Assembly: GCA_036172245.1 (NCBI GenBank)
Contig: JAYWIR010000027.1
Span: 2,790,001 to 2,854,000 of the forward strand
Direction of reading: 5' to 3'
DNA length: 64,000 bases
Origin: Raillietiella orientalis
Taxonomy: Eukaryota
Numbering within the stretch: position 1 is the first letter of the stretch; each line of letters opens with the position of its first letter. Under the pieces are notes generated by a model. It was not told the origin of the DNA. It worked only from the letters and a program-made list of their open reading frames with translations, and did no database searches. Shown in pieces: positions 36,363-50,850 of this stretch. The translations under genes and the position numbers were made by a program.

Positions 36363-39300
36363 CTTTCCAAGGATCTTAAAAAAAAAAAAAACTCACGTTA
36401 TGCTTGCGCGCGCGAAAGCACCTATTAAACGACTACTGGTTTCCTGTTCCTCAGGCTGCCCACTGTGGCTGGAAACCAAAAGCTTTGGTAAGCGTCAAAA
36501 AAAAAAGAAGAAGAAGAAGAGGCGGTCTCGAAAGTGATTGTTTTTCCCCCTAATTTCTTTGGGTAATTTTCGTAATTTCTGCCCATGTGGTTTTGGATTA
36601 CGAAATACCATTTCGCCTTTCTGCGGATGCCTTGATTTTTCCGGATATTTGCGCAGTGAGAGTCGGACACTTTGTTTTCGGGATGCAAAGTGGGCAATTG
36701 CTTCAGGACGGAACTTCTGAAAAATCCTTTCCAACTCCCGGCGCGCAGTCATCCCGTTGTGATAGACTTTGCTGCCAACGTGGGTAGCAGCTACCTATCG
36801 TCGTATTTAAAGAGCAGTTTCCCGCAGGACCTGCAATGATGCAGGTATTTTTAGGCATTGCACAGGACGGTTCGTATTTAAAATGTGTTTTTGCGAGTAA
36901 TCGTCATTGATTTCCTCCTCTTGTTTTCCTGCATTTATTATTATTATAATATATATATATATATTTTTTGGGGGGGGGGTCTGGTTTCTGGTTTGGTTGG
37001 CGATGTCTTCTTGCGTGTGCATAACATTCCTCTAGCTTGAAACTATCGGGATTCGTTCGTTTCGCTTCTCCCAAAACTCGAAGGTCATGTTTTTCGGTCA
37101 TGAATCCTTTTGCTGCGTACGCAGAAGCGGGAGAAACTTCTAAGCCCTCTCTTTCAAGTGCTTCGGTTACCAGGAAACATGGCCGCGACACTCTGGTTTC
37201 CTGCTTTCTTCGGTGCGTTCGTAGGAAATTGCCAGATTGGTAAACGCACTCTGGTCCAGAGCTGATGAAGCCTCGCCGCCCGGAACAAAACATTACGCTC
37301 GCACCGAAGACGCACTTGACTGATTCCTTCCCCGTCTCTTCGCCGAACACTTTTCCTCGGATGCGTTCGGTTCAGCCTTCGTGTGCTTGGAAATGAACGT
37401 TGTTTTTCTTGCTGCTGCCTCCATCTTGCCCCCGCAACTGCGCCGGTACGTGAATCGCGCACGATCTTTCGCATCACCGTTTGCGGGCCGAATATTTCTC
37501 CTCCCCCGCCATGATGGCACTTTCAGCCAGTGACACAGTGGATGTGGCGTTTCCAACGAGTCGCCGCTGCATCGTCACGTCAGGAATGCCTTTTCGGTTT
37601 TGCCCTGCCCCCGCTATCCACATCACGCAGGGGTGGTGGTAGCTGCTGCGTACGCTTTCGGTGTGCCCTTCCGCAGATGATGCGGGGGAATGCGAATTCC
37701 TCCTTGAGCGCCGATCTCGTTCCCGTCAGAATGCAGAGCACATGAATGGGTGAGAAAGGGCTGATTCGTGCGTCAGCGCCCGTGATGTTGCCTGTGACGC
37801 AGATCCCTGCTCGGATACCTTTTGAAGGCGGGTGCCCTTCTTTTAGACTGCGCACGAATGACTGCTAATGAGTTGCTGGATTGTGCGCATGGGCTCCAGC
37901 GATTTGCTAATCCAGCGGTTCTCTCAGCCGGCAACCAGCTTGCAAATCGCAGAAAATCCACGGTTTCTCGCGCGTGATCCCTTTAATCATAATATCTGCA
38001 GTTCACACCCAGTCGCTGGTTAGGAAGAAGAGAAGGGGGGGAGGGGAAGACGAGGACTTTTCGTTGTACGCGAAGCAGAATTCCTTCATAGGCAGCGTTC
38101 GAGCATCTCAAGTTCTCCTTCGGTAATTCTTTCTTTCCGCTCGATGCAAAGCTCTGAATGGTGGAAGCTGTCTTCATCCTGTGAAATCATTGTGTAACTC
38201 CCAGCTTCCGTCTTGTGTTCTTCTCGTAACACGTTGAACTTCTACCCTTGAGATTGTGCTGGGAACGCAGGAATCACGGGCTTTTCGCGACCCTGCTCCT
38301 TGCGGGTAAAACGACCAAGCATGCTTCGGAAATCCGCCCGCAGCTTCTCGATGCGTTGAGGTGATTCGAGCGCTGTTGCCCCGTCCACCAAGAGTGCACC
38401 ACATTTCCATTGCATCCTCCCCAAGATTCGTAAGCGATGCGCTGATTGCATCTCTTTCTAGTGACGTCAACAGTGCTTAAATTAACGCAGCAGTGCCTCT
38501 GAAGCTGTGATCCTTAACGTGCTGAAACTCGTCCGCCAAGGAGGATGGGAACTGTGCAGCATGCGTCAAGGAAGAACCAGCGAGCTCATTCATCTCAGTG
38601 GAACGATTTTCAGGACTCTGACACGTCTCTCATTTGTTGTATTAAATGCGTCCGGGAGCTCGCCTGCTTCATCTGGGAGAATGGCTTTTGTCAGGGGTGG
38701 TTTCCGTGGCGTGCCTTCGAATGCCCGCCGCCACATTTAAGGATGTTCAGTTTGATCGGGTGGACACTTTGGTCAGAACCGATTGAATGTGAACGAACGC
38801 ATCTTAAAGAGTCCAGAACTTGAACTGCCGGTTGTTTTCTGTCGTGTTTCGACGTTTGGCCGAGCTGCGAAACTGGAGCCAACCAATGTTTGTCAGTCAT
38901 GGGGACCTTGAGAACACGATGAAGAGTGTCTTGATAGCCCTTTTCGTTATAGGGGAGGAGGAAATACATATACATATATATATATATATTTAACGTGCTG
39001 ACGGGCGCGCTTCATCGCAGTCCGAAGAAACCATCCTTCTCTTCTAGCGTCAAAAAGGGAACTTCCCACTTTTAAATAGCCCACGACTCCTGTCTTTTCC
39101 TACTTTTCCTCCTCCTTCCGAACTCGTGACAGGAATTCTCGCCTCCACTCGTCTCCTTCACCTGAATTGACCAAGTTGGACACCCTATGGCTTTTGCAAA
39201 TTTCACTGCTCTCCGAAGTGGGTGGGTCGCAAAAGTTCCCGGCGTCCGTTTGCAGCTTCGGATAGCAATCGGAAAACAGCGGGAAGGAGAGCACGTGAGG

Positions 39301-42300
39301 CGAACCCGTAGGTCCATGGGGCTGGCAGGCAACTCCTCCCCCAGGAAGTGAGCTGCTCCGATACGCCGCCGGCTTCTTTTCTCCACGCTCGTTCGCCGCC
39401 GATCTCAGGCGCGCCCGTCCGAAATGTGCACTTCGTCGAATAAATGAATGGGCCCACCTATCGTCCGCTCCTACTTCTCGCTGCCGGTGACAGACGTCGT
39501 GAAACGACGTTGACAGTTGCTCCGAGCCCATCAGCACCTCGTGATGGATGCTGCACGCACGCAGACCTCGCCTGGGAAAGCGAATTCTCCATGACGGTTT
39601 TCGCTCCCTTTCGTTGTAGGTTGCTTGGCTGCATGCGCCGACTCCCCTGCCCGGGAGAAGTTGGCGGTTTCGATCCCAACGCCCCGATCTCGGTTGCCTC
39701 GGCAAACGCTGTTTATGCCTTATTTATAATGTACGCAGCTTCGGTCGCACCGAACCGTGTACGACCATCGTGAGGCGTGTGTCAGGCACGGGCTCGTGTC
39801 ATCTACGTAAATGCTCACGCACCATTAATTTCAAGCACCTCAGTGTCGTGTCGAGAAAGACAGCGGTGGTGTACCTCAAACAGTGCCAATGACGTCTAGA
39901 TTTGCATCGTGTTTGTGTGTTTGCTTTTCTTTTTTGCCCCCAACCTCCACGTAAGTGGGGAGAACGCACCTCGCGTGGATGCCCCCCAGTTTTCTGAACC
40001 GAGACCTCGATCGAACGCGCTGTTAGCAGCTTCGACCCAGCCTGGCTCAGCTGCGGCTCTGCGCAGAGGTTCACAGCTCATTGCATCGAGAAGTAGGTCT
40101 TTTGATCACAGCGCCGATAAATAATGGTAAGTTCCCGCCGAGAAGAATGTCGGGCGGGTGAGCAGAAACGAACCACGCGTTCCCAATGCGGCAGGAGAGC
40201 GAGGGCTTGCCGTAGCTACACGGAAATAGCACTTCTGGTACAAAGCAGCGACCCCGTGTTGCGTCCGCGCTGTCTCCAGCGGCAGCGATGGGGAACGGAG
40301 AGGCGCGCGATCTCGCGGGTCCTCGGTATTGCCACGAGGAGCGCAGGAATGGAACGCGGTTTTCGGACACGAGAAGGACCTTTGGCAACGAAACCGAACC
40401 CTGGAAAGGCATTCCGGGAGCTTGCGAAGATTGCACTGATGCAGCGCGCAAGGAGGACGCGCGGAAACGCAGGCGCAAGCGAGTCTCCGGGCACACTTGG
40501 ATTGTGCGGATGCGGAAGACGGGCGAAATTCGCTCGAAGACGAGACACGTCTTTCTCTCTCTCTCGCGCGCGCGCGCGCTCCTCGGAGAATGTTTTGATG
40601 GGTCTCTTCGGAGGCTCGTCGCCGACGCAGCGGGCAGCTGGGGGGGAGAACAGGGAGGGGGGAAGACGGCAAGCGTGAAATGCTGCTCGCGAGCGGCGAT
40701 GAACGAGGGAAACGAAATTCTCGCGCTGCTTGCGAGTAAATTCCAAACTTAACGGGACGGGGGCCACGCTCTAGAGCTCGGGAGGAGAGGAGCGCACCGA
40801 AGCTTCCTCTCTCCCCGTGAGGAAAAGACGAAAGGAGGAAACCAACAGCAGCAAACCAACTGCCACCGGCAACGGACCTCGCTCTCAGCCAAGAGGAAGG
40901 AAGCCGGACGGGGGGCAAAGCGGCTAAAGCTCGCTCCGACGAACTCGGCGTCGAAGGGGCAGAGGGCGCACCGGACCGGCATCTCGCGCGAACAGAAGAA
41001 GGAGGCGAGCAACCCATTCGGGAGGGAGGGGGGAAAAGGACTTGCGCGCCGGTGAATCCAACCAACGCACTCGTGTTGTCATGCTCATCTCGGGCCGCCT
41101 TCTCTCTGCGTCTCCGCTTTGCCCTCCCCCCCCGGCGGGGGTGTGGCGACCGCTGGCTGCAGGGCAGTCTCGGGGACCTTGACGTGGGCCCGTCACAATT
41201 GTCCAACATCCGATTCTTCTTGTACACCAGTGCATCGTCCCGACGGAAAACTTCGTTGACCTCATGGAAACCCAAGCAGGAAGAACGTTAAGGAGCTTGA
41301 CAACCGAATGGACTCCCAGCGTGCCGCAGGAGCAGGAGCCAGATCGCTACGCAACCTTCAGGGACCCACTTGTTGCCGAGGAAAAACTGGCCCGGGGAAA
41401 ACGTCATAGCGCGAGAGAGAAGTGGATGGGCGCTTTCAGCCTACTTGCGTTCGTCGCCTCCGATAACTGAACACGGGGCACTCGACTGATGGCGCTGGCG
41501 CCATCATCAGGCAGGCACTCTTGTTGCCATCTGGATTGGACGTTGCAACTGTCTCTTCGCTGCCAGCTGATCCATCAATGAAGCGAATAGGCGAGAGAAT
41601 AGGTGGCTGTGTGACCACGGTGGCTCGGAGGCACGTGGTTGTCCTCCCCCCTCGTTGCGTAGGTGACCACGTCAGCTCCGCGGGTGGGGATGTTGGGCCT
41701 GCCGTTCGCTCCTCAGAGCCATCCGAAGTGCCGGATGTCCTCCTCCTCCTCTCCTCCCTCCTCGTGAAAGTGGCGGCAGCCCCGAGCCCTCTCCTGTTTG
41801 CCAAGGGTGGGTGTGGCGGGGAGGGAACCCACGCGTTTCCTCTGCACCGGTTCCGCCGGAGGAGCAGGCGGGTTCCGGGCGCCCCAGCTTCGTGCCGCGC
41901 GAAGACGTCACTCGGCCCTGCGAGAGGGCGCGCGCGCGCTCAGCAACGACACGTGCGCCGACTCCACCCTTCCGTCCGTCGCCGCGGGATCCACAAGTCG
42001 TTTCGCGGACCCACCCGCCCCGACCACTGCCCGTACCAGTCTCGGCCGCGAGAGAGACCGGTGACTCGCCCGTGCAAAAGCCAGCGCGCACCACGCGGGT
42101 ACGCACGCACGCACGAGTGAATGCCCGCGGCCGCGGAAAGCTTTTTGCGCAGGTGCGCCCTATCCGCAGTCCACTCGGGGAGAGCAGGACGGGGGAGGCA
42201 AATCCTCCCCAAAAGGGGAATGGGTAGGCAACAAGCAACAAGCAAGTATGGAATACTTACTTGCTTGTTGCTTCACATGGACGTACTGAATGCGGAATGG

Positions 42301-45300
42301 GAGGTGGGTTAGCCGCCAGTCACACGGATAGGCGAGCGGGAATGCCGGCGGGCGTCGGCGTCGGCGTTTTGAGCGGTGGGAGGAAACGAGGTGGCACCTT
42401 GAGGCGGAAGCGACGCCGCCGCCAACGTCGAGCTACCACCTCGCGGAAGGTCCCGGTCCGTAGACCCGGAAATCCGAGGAAGAGACGCCTCGCGGTCCAG
42501 AGAGCACGGATGCTGCGAAGGAAAGGTACGGTTTGGAAATCTGTCCTCCTCTTCCTTCCCCCCCCCTCCTTCACCAATGAAGCAACCATGCTCAGAAAGA
42601 TCCGCACTCAAGGAGACCCATCTTAAGAGCGAGGACGAAGCATTGCCTGGTTACAGCGTCGCGTCCCAAGGCTTGCAGCGATGGTGGCCATCTCTTTTGA
42701 TTCGCTGGGGGAGCTCCGAACGGATTCCTTTTATTTATTTTTGAGGGAGGCGCCTTTCGTTTCGTCTGCTCCCTCGCTGCTCCAGCGTCGCCAAGCAACG
42801 AGGTCGAGTTGCGGACAGGACGGGGGGCGTGCCTGCTTCGCGCGGCGCTGCTTGTGCAGCCTCCTCCTTCTCCCACTCGCTCGGACCGCGTCCCGAAACG
42901 CGCGTGAGAACCCATCGCGGTCGCGTGTCCGGGTGGACCCTGCGAAAGGGGGTCGGGAAGCGGAGCGACCCGTTGCAGGTCCCGTCGAGGGGGCGAGAGC
43001 GCACGAAGGCATGCGGTGTCCCCAAGGGGGGGGAGGAAAGCCGACGACGGAAGGGGGCCGTCCGTGCCGACAGCCCGAGACGAGGCGGGCGGACGTCAAA
43101 AACCAGCTAAGCAGGGCAGGGCAACCAAGGGCGAGCGAGGACCGCCTGCGGGGGGCGCAAAATTCTCTCTCCCCTTTCCACCTCCTTCCCTCCAGGACCG
43201 ACTCGTAAGGATCGGACGGGGTGGGGGGGAATTCGCTGGCTTCCTTCATCCCTCCCCTCTTCCCTCCCTCCCGCTGCCCGTTCGCGCCCGCAGTTCCCAC
43301 CTGGATGCTTCCTCGCCACGTTCACGGGGGCGCCGATGACGATGAGGGGCTGCCGAGGTCGCCGCGCGGCACGGTAAGCTTCCCGACTGGCTGCGGAACC
43401 GGGAAACTCGCTCCAACCTCGGAGGGAGACGCGCTGGCAGCTGCCTCGCTCCCCCCTTCCTTCCTGGCTTCGCCGCCGAGGTCCTCGAAGGGGAGGGGGA
43501 GGGCGGGAGGAGCGTGCGGACGCGCGCGCGCCGCCTTTCCTTTCCTCTCTTGGCAGCGACCCGCCGTTCCGTTTCGCGAGACGGAAAGTCTTTGTGTCCT
43601 TGAATAGAAATAGGCGCAGCCCTGGCTCGTCCCATCCGTTGCCTGGATCCCTGGAAGGAGTCCAGTTTCGTCCTTGGAAACCACCCTCCCCCCCTCACGG
43701 TCCTTGGAGCCTTCCCCTCCGGGGGAAATCCGGGGAAAGCGTGGGGCGACCGCCGCCACCGCCGCTGCTGCGTTCGAGAGCGACGACGGCGACACGGGCT
43801 GCCGCCCGCCTTCCAGGCAGCCCCCAAACACGCAGCTTTCGGGCGAATGGGAAAGGGAGCGTGCGGGTGGGTCGCCAAAAAAAAAAGTGCACAGAGGCCG
43901 ACGGTGTCCTACAGCGCGCACCCTGAGGCAATGCGCGCATCTCCCCACCCGTTTCCTTGGAGAGGCTGCTCCAGGTATCTCTCTCTCCGCCGGAGAGGGC
44001 CGGTGGCGGGGCGCGCGCGCCCTCTCCTTGGAAACGGGAGGCGGCCGGCTGACTTGGTGGCAGGCCTCTCAGTCCTCCCCCGCGAGGCCACACGTCAGCG
44101 CCTCGCGTCCTGGAAATGACGCACCGTGCCGACCGTCGGACTGACCCGACATGCCCAGCAGACTCACGGAATGGGGTCCTGGTGAGAACTCCAGCGAGAG
44201 AGAGCGAATCCTTGATGGTCCCGGCGAGAGACGAGAGCGCGTAGGATATCCCCGCGGAGCACGAAGCAGACGGATGCGGTAACGAGCCAGGGAGGGCAGG
44301 GAGCAGTGGCAACCAAGGGCGACCGAACGCCACATGCAGGCATCCTCCCATTCCTCCCTCCAGGGAATGACCTGAGCCGACGCATGGGGGGGAAGGGGAT
44401 CCGCGCAGGTGGAGAAGGCGGCGGACGCATCCAGGAAGTTCCGGCGCTCCAGTACCGCGGACGAAGGGTCAGAGAAGACGAGTCCATGGCCCGGCACCAC
44501 CAGTGGCTCCGCGGATTCTCCCATTCATTCGCTCGTCTTTGCACCTCCCCCCCTCGAGTCCGCGCCTCGCGGCGGGAGCTGCGAGGAGAAGCGGGCACGG
44601 GTGAAAGAGACGCGCGGCAACTGCTGAGCTGCAGAGAGGAGCGATCCCGGCAGCCTCACGGAAGACGAGGAACGCAGGGAAGCAGCGCCTCTTCGGCACA
44701 TAAAGGCATGGGGGGGCTGGGCTGACGTCCCACCGCGGCGCAAAGTTCCGCTCTGAAGGAAAAGAGGGGGAAGGGCAAAAGCGATCGGCAAAAAGGAAAG
44801 CAGGCGAACAGACACACGTGCATATTCACCCGCTACGAACACAGGCAGCCGTCACACACACATCGACATACAGAAACACGTGCACGGCAGCACCCAGCGC
44901 ACACACCCAGAGGGCGTCACGCGCATGCAGACAGGGGTTGCGCGCGCACCGACCGCACGTCACAATTACCACGCGTACCTCATTTGGTGCTGCTTCTTAA
45001 CCTTTGTCAGCCGCTCCACAATGTGTGTGTCTCCCTTTTTTCTCTTCTTCCTTCTTCCTCGTTCTTCATCCTCTCCTTTGAGCGCGCCAAATTGGACGCC
45101 GTTGTTCTCCCAAAGGGTTTCCAGCTTTCCCGTCATCCAATGTCAAATAGACGTTCCACGTCATGAACGTTAGCGCTTGAGAAATTTGCGGCCCACATTT
45201 CCTGTCAAATTTGGACTGGCTAATGGGGGTCTGGTTCGCGAGGGGGCGAGCGAGCGAGCCAATCGCGAAGGGAAAGGGGAAAGCGGAAAGGAAAAGAAAT

Positions 45301-48300
45301 AAGATAAAAAGAAAATCCATTTTTACGGGCCAATCACGGCAGATGGATCGGAGCGCGCGCACGGATCGGAAACGCGGAGCGGACGGCGGCGAGAGAGTTC
45401 CGCCGTCCGGGTCGTTCCCGGTTTGACCCCTCTCTGCGGTCCCCATCCCGGAGGCGTTCTTTCTCCCCGTCCCCCGCGCTCGAGCAGGTTCCGCGGACGG
45501 GCGCGCACGGTGGCGCAGGCGGCGGGCGAGGCTTCCGCGGAGAAGCAGCAGCAGCGGAACGAAGTCCGGCCCAGCCGGTGGCTCCGGCGCGTGCTGACCG
45601 CGTTCGCCGACGAGAGGGGACGGGGGTTACAGGCGCGCGGGGGGAGGGGGACATCATCATCGCCTGCCTCTGCTTCCGTTCGCAAGCCTCGTGTGCCCCG
45701 CTTGCGCGTCACCAGCGGAAAACATCGGAGCCGACTGCAGAACGAAAAGGAAAAAGTAATATAAAAATGTGCGCGCGAGAGAAAGAGAGAAGTAGGAGGA
45801 AAAGGAAGAGCATGCGCGGCTGCTTGTGAATGTGAGGAAGCTCGGAGGTTGCATCTCGGGTGGAGTTGTGTGGGAGGCCGTCGGACGACAATCGGTTCGC
45901 TGAGCCCCAGTCGTTCTGAAAACGAGGGGTTTCGCTGCTCCCCGATGGTCCAGCTCTCCAGACTCTGAAGATAGCACCGTGTGCGCCAGCAGCAGTTTGG
46001 TCCCTCCTCCAACGGAGGTCCTGGAAACCCCGGTGCGCGCGCGCTCCTTTGCCCTGCGCTCCCGGAGCTACGATGGTGGTGATGGTGATGGCGGTGAATG
46101 TGCCCACCCCCCAACCCCACACCACCACCACCACCACCACGAAGGACGCTGCAAGGAGAGGACGCTGGCGGCGGCAGCCCACCGTGAGAGAGCAAACATC
46201 GACGCGCGCGCGCCCAAGACGGGCGCTGCCAGGGGAACGGCCAAGCACCCCCCTCTTCCGGTTCGCCAACTTTCGGAAGGGGGGACCGGCTCCGGTTCCT
46301 CCCCCTCCCCCTGCGACGAAGATTCGCCGACCTGCCCCCGCCCGCGTCCCTCTCCCCCACACCTTTCGTGGAAGCCCTGCCCTCAGTCGTCTTCCCAACA
46401 GCCCGCGGGGCAGATAACCAGGCAACTCGGAAGCCAGTGCGGGTGGTGTTCGCTGCCCACCATCTGGGTGGCCTCTTGCTGTAGGTGCGGGTGGTTGTCG
46501 GGAGAGGGGGGGAAGAGGAGCTCGCGCGCCGGGAGGAGGTGACCGTTTCCACGGCAACAGTCCCTCGATTTACGATACGATTTACCTCGGTTTACTCCTC
46601 CTCCTCCTCCTCGAGCCGCCCTGATGAGTGGGATCGGAAGGGGGCGGGGGAGATTTCGACTGGACAGCATCCTCCGGTCGATGAGCTACGCCGCCAGAAA
46701 GGTCAGCTGCCGTCCTTCCCCCTCCCCCCCCCCACCTTGCAGATCCTGCGGGAGGGCACGAATCGCAGCCGGCGGGACGAACGACGTGCGGGAGGGCAGG
46801 CACCGTCGGAGGTGGGAGCTGTGCAAGTGGGAAGGGCTGGGGCCCCAAGGTTCTGGCTGCGCTCTTGGTTTCCTCGACTCCGGGGCGGGGTCCCTGCCCT
46901 TTCGCGCGCTTTCTCTGTCCGGTGACCCTGCAAGAAGTCGACCGCGAGCACTCGTGGGCGGGGAAAAGGGAAGGACGTGGTCAAAGTCACCCGGAGATGA
47001 AAGGAGGTCAACGGCAGCGCCCAGAATCGCCCTGTCCCCCCCTTCTTTTTCCCAAGGATTGGAACGTCCCCGCGGGAGGAAGGAATTGGAGGTTCCTCCC
47101 GAAGGGCACGCGGACCTCCCCGTTCGCAGGTGCTCAAGTCGTCATGGAAAGAGTGCCTCCTCCAGGGAAGAGGGGCAGGGGCATCGTTCGCGGTCAAAAG
47201 CAAAGAGGGACCCGCTCGCAGACTTTCCCACGGTCCCTTCCCTCTCCTTACCGTGGTCATCACAGGAGGCACCTTCGCCGCAATCCTCGGATCCATCCTC
47301 GAGAAACGCGCGGACTTTTTACTGACCGCCGGTCGCTCTTTGCACGGCCTCCCGACGGGACTCGGCAGGGAAGCGACGAATCCCCCGAGGGATGGCTCCG
47401 AGGCATCGGGTGAACTCAGGGTGGAGGGCCGCGCCTTTAGCGCTCTCCCGTGGGGACATGGCGAGCCACCGCTTGGGCCGACTTCTCGAGAGCTGCGACA
47501 TGCCGGCCCGCTCGCGCGGGAGGTGCAGGGCAGGGAAGGTCACCGGCTCCCTTTGCCCTTCTCGCCGCTTCCCTCCCACTGCTTCTCCTTTAGCGAGCGC
47601 TGGGATCGCGTCAAGTCGTGCAGTCGCGCTCTCACCCCTCAGGCAGCGCGTCGGCCCCCTCCGGCAGGAGAGAGCCCGGTGGGTGTGCAGGGCAGAAGCC
47701 AGTAGTAGGAAAGGGCAGGCCCTCCACCCCTCCCGCTGACCCCACGCTGAGTGCGCGTCGGCGCGTAGCGACGACTCCGCATTGCTCACACGTGCGTAAA
47801 TCGCAGACGCAGGCGCGCCCGCATCCTGCAGTGCGCAGATGCGTACGCAAGCGCAGCACCCTGGCGCTGGTCGCGCGCGTGAGTGCCGCCTGCGCACTCA
47901 CGTGCGTCCCCAGGCCTCAAGACTCCCTTGCTCCCCCGACCCTCCAACACCCCCCCTCACGGAGGCCGAACGTCCCCCTCCCCGCTGGTGGCACTTTGGG
48001 GATCACGAGCCCTGGTCTCGGTGACCCGCCACAGCAACCCGAGGTCAGCACGCCTCTGCGGAGAAGGCGCGCGTGCGAGCGTCTCCGGCGGGCAAAAGGC
48101 GTGGCGTCCCCCCCCCCCCTCCTCTCCCTCCTTGTCGAATGGGTCGCCGGTGTTTGCCTCCGCCGCCCGCTCGTGCCTCAGACACATCCTCCCTGCAGCC
48201 TGACCACCTCCTGACCTGTCCCTCCCGGCGGGGGACGGGCACTCGTCTAGCGGACTGACGGCGGTTGGCGCGCTCCCTCGGGCTCACCTCGATGTGCGGC

Positions 48301-50244
48301 TGTTGCCAGGTGCTCCAAGCGGAAGGGCAGCTCTTTCTTTCGCGGAAACGCGCTCGGGGCTCACCGCGGGCGGACTCACGCGGGGCCCCTCGCCCTTACC
48401 ACAGTTCCCGGAAGCTGCGGTGAGCAGCTTCCCCTGTTGGCGGCGGGCGAGCGGCGCCAGCGTTGCGCAGCCGCCTGCGTGCCCATCGAGCCCGACTTGG
48501 CCCTTTTTGGCTAGCCTCCGACTCGGCGCGGAGCGACGAATTGCCTGGGAGACGGCGTCACGGGAGGGCTTTTTGGCCTCGCGGCTTTGAAGCGGGGCAA
48601 GGGGCGGCACCCTCCCAAGGGACGCCCCTGGAGGGAGGGCGCTGCGGTTCACCGCCGTTAGGGCCTACTGCCCGACGGGGGGCCGATGCGGGGTCCGTGT
48701 CCCCACTGTCGGGAAGTACCCGCGTCCGGTGACAGCCTCCGAGCATGCTCGTGCCAACCGTGGCGCTAACTTCGGCGAACCTGCGCTCTCCCCCCTTTTC
48801 CCGTTGACGGGGGGATCGAAAGGCTCCGGGACTTCTCCCCGGCGACGGCTACTCCCCGGGGCAAGCCCGTTATAGCGGGAACGCGGATTGCATGTCGTGG
48901 AGCGCACCGTCTCGGGCCGTGAAAAGAAGAGCGAAAGACGCGTCACCGAGTCTCCCAGTCGTCATGGGAACCGACCGGAGCGAGGAAGTGCGCCAGGAGG
49001 CGACTCGCGGGAAGAGGGAGGTCGGGAATTCCGGAACTCCTCCGTTCGGAGTCCCGTTGCGGGTTCAGCCCTTTACCGCGAGAGTTTCATGACTCGGAGG
49101 CTGGGGATTACCGCACGGAACGCCTGAGGCACCTCCTGCGCCGGTCGCCTCCGTACCCCTGAGCGGCACCGGACGCGCGCGCGGCTCGGGAGAGAGCAGA
49201 AGGGACGCGATGCGCGCCAGCCAGGGTTTCCCCTCGGTCCGGAGGGAAGGTGGTGGCGTAGGCGGATCTCCCTTACCAGCGTCAGGCGCGGACGTGACTC
49301 CCCTCCCCCTCGACCCACTGCCTCCCCCGCCTACTTCACCTCTGACCCGAGCCCTGCGGCGACGCTGACGAACCTCCGAACGCGGAGGCGCCAGTGTATT
49401 CGCGCCGGCCCGCAGGACGGGAAGAAGGCCGCTTCTCTGCGGAAAGGTCACCTCCCCTCGCTCGTGGCTGCGACCGAGCTCGCGGTCACGGTCCGAGGTT
49501 ACTTCATCCTGTGCGCTGCCCGGCGGCTTGCTCTCTACTCTCCCCGGCCCTTTGCTGGCTCTGGGGCATCGTCGCCGGCGGCTGCGGAGGCGGCACGGCA
49601 AGTCGGCTAACATCACCGCAGAAACGCTGCGGTGACGTTTGCATCGATGCTCGCGACGAACCCCGGCGCCTCCCGGAACCCATTCGGGACTTCGCGGGGT
49701 GCTCGCAGGGGAACTTCGGTGTTTCCTGGAGGTGGCCGAAGAGAGATTGAGAGGGAGGGGACCGGACAGGACGACCTGAACATGCGCAGACCACCTCGGA
49801 CGTAGCCCTGGAGACGACGGCACGGGACCCACTCGCCATGCCCGGAGAAGGCGGGCAAACGGCATCCTTTTTCCCATTCGCTCTTCCTCCCCGTCGTACT
49901 GGGTCCTTCCGAAGGGGCTGCGCCGACCTGCATGGATCCGCCCCTTCGCTGTCCCGGCAGGAAGTGGCGGGAAGGCCCTACCGTTCCATACCCGAGTGAC
50001 TTTCCTCTCGGGAAGAGCTGCAGCGCGTCCGGATCACACCATTCGCCTCGCCCTTTTCGGAACCCCCCACTTCCCATTCCCATCCCTGACGGGACGCCTG
50101 CTCTTCCCGACTCTTCCCCGCAGGTGAACCTCGTGGGGGTGCTCCCCTTCCGGGGAGAAGGGGCGCCGTCCCCATCCCTGAGGCGGTTGGTCGCTTCGAA
50201 GCAGAGAGGGCGAGGAGGATCGTGGAGGGGGGGGAGTCTGTCAA

Positions 50245-50850
50245 TCCCCGTCCCTACGACAGTCCGTCGACCATCGAACGCAAGCCGGCTCCGCGCGCGG
50301 CTCCTGGCGTTGCCAGTTGGAACCCTCCCCCTCCCGCCACGTGGGGAGGATCGGCTCCAGAGAAATGGGAAGTGCGCCGTGGGTTTCGAGTTCCAACCCA
50401 CCCGCAGGATGGCACCAGTTGGCCCGCGGGCGCGCGGCCGCACCAGTGGGAAGCCGGGTGTCCTCGTTGACCGGTCGAGATCGGAAGTCGACCCTCCGGG
50501 ACCACTTCTAGGACCCTCAAGGTTTCCCTCCAGTTATGCAGATGGAATCCCCTCATCCCCGGGGCAGGGAGGGGCTCCACATTGTTCGTGGAGTTGGGTC
50601 ACCCCCGTGGGAGGTTTCTCTTCTCCAGAGTGTCGGTAGTGCCCCTCGGAGGAGAGCAAACCGGGAGCAGATTCTTTACGGAGGGTCCCCTCAGGAGAGA
50701 ACAAGGAAGAGGTGACTCCCTTCGTAGACAACCAAGGTGAGGGTTTCTCTCCCCCCTTCCCCCAAGAGTCAGGGAGTTACGGACTCCTTCCTCCTGAGCC
50801 TTCCTGGATGGAGTGGGAGGTCCCCTCTCGGGGCACTCCCTAACTTGGAG
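50245..50850 (+). mobile_element. Diverged repeat, copy 1 of a SINE-like family
   Basis: Aligns with 54070-54710: gtgggtttcgagttcc, cgggtgtcc, gaccctccggg, gaacaaggaagaggtg, acggactcc...ccttcctggat. Confidence 0.6.
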
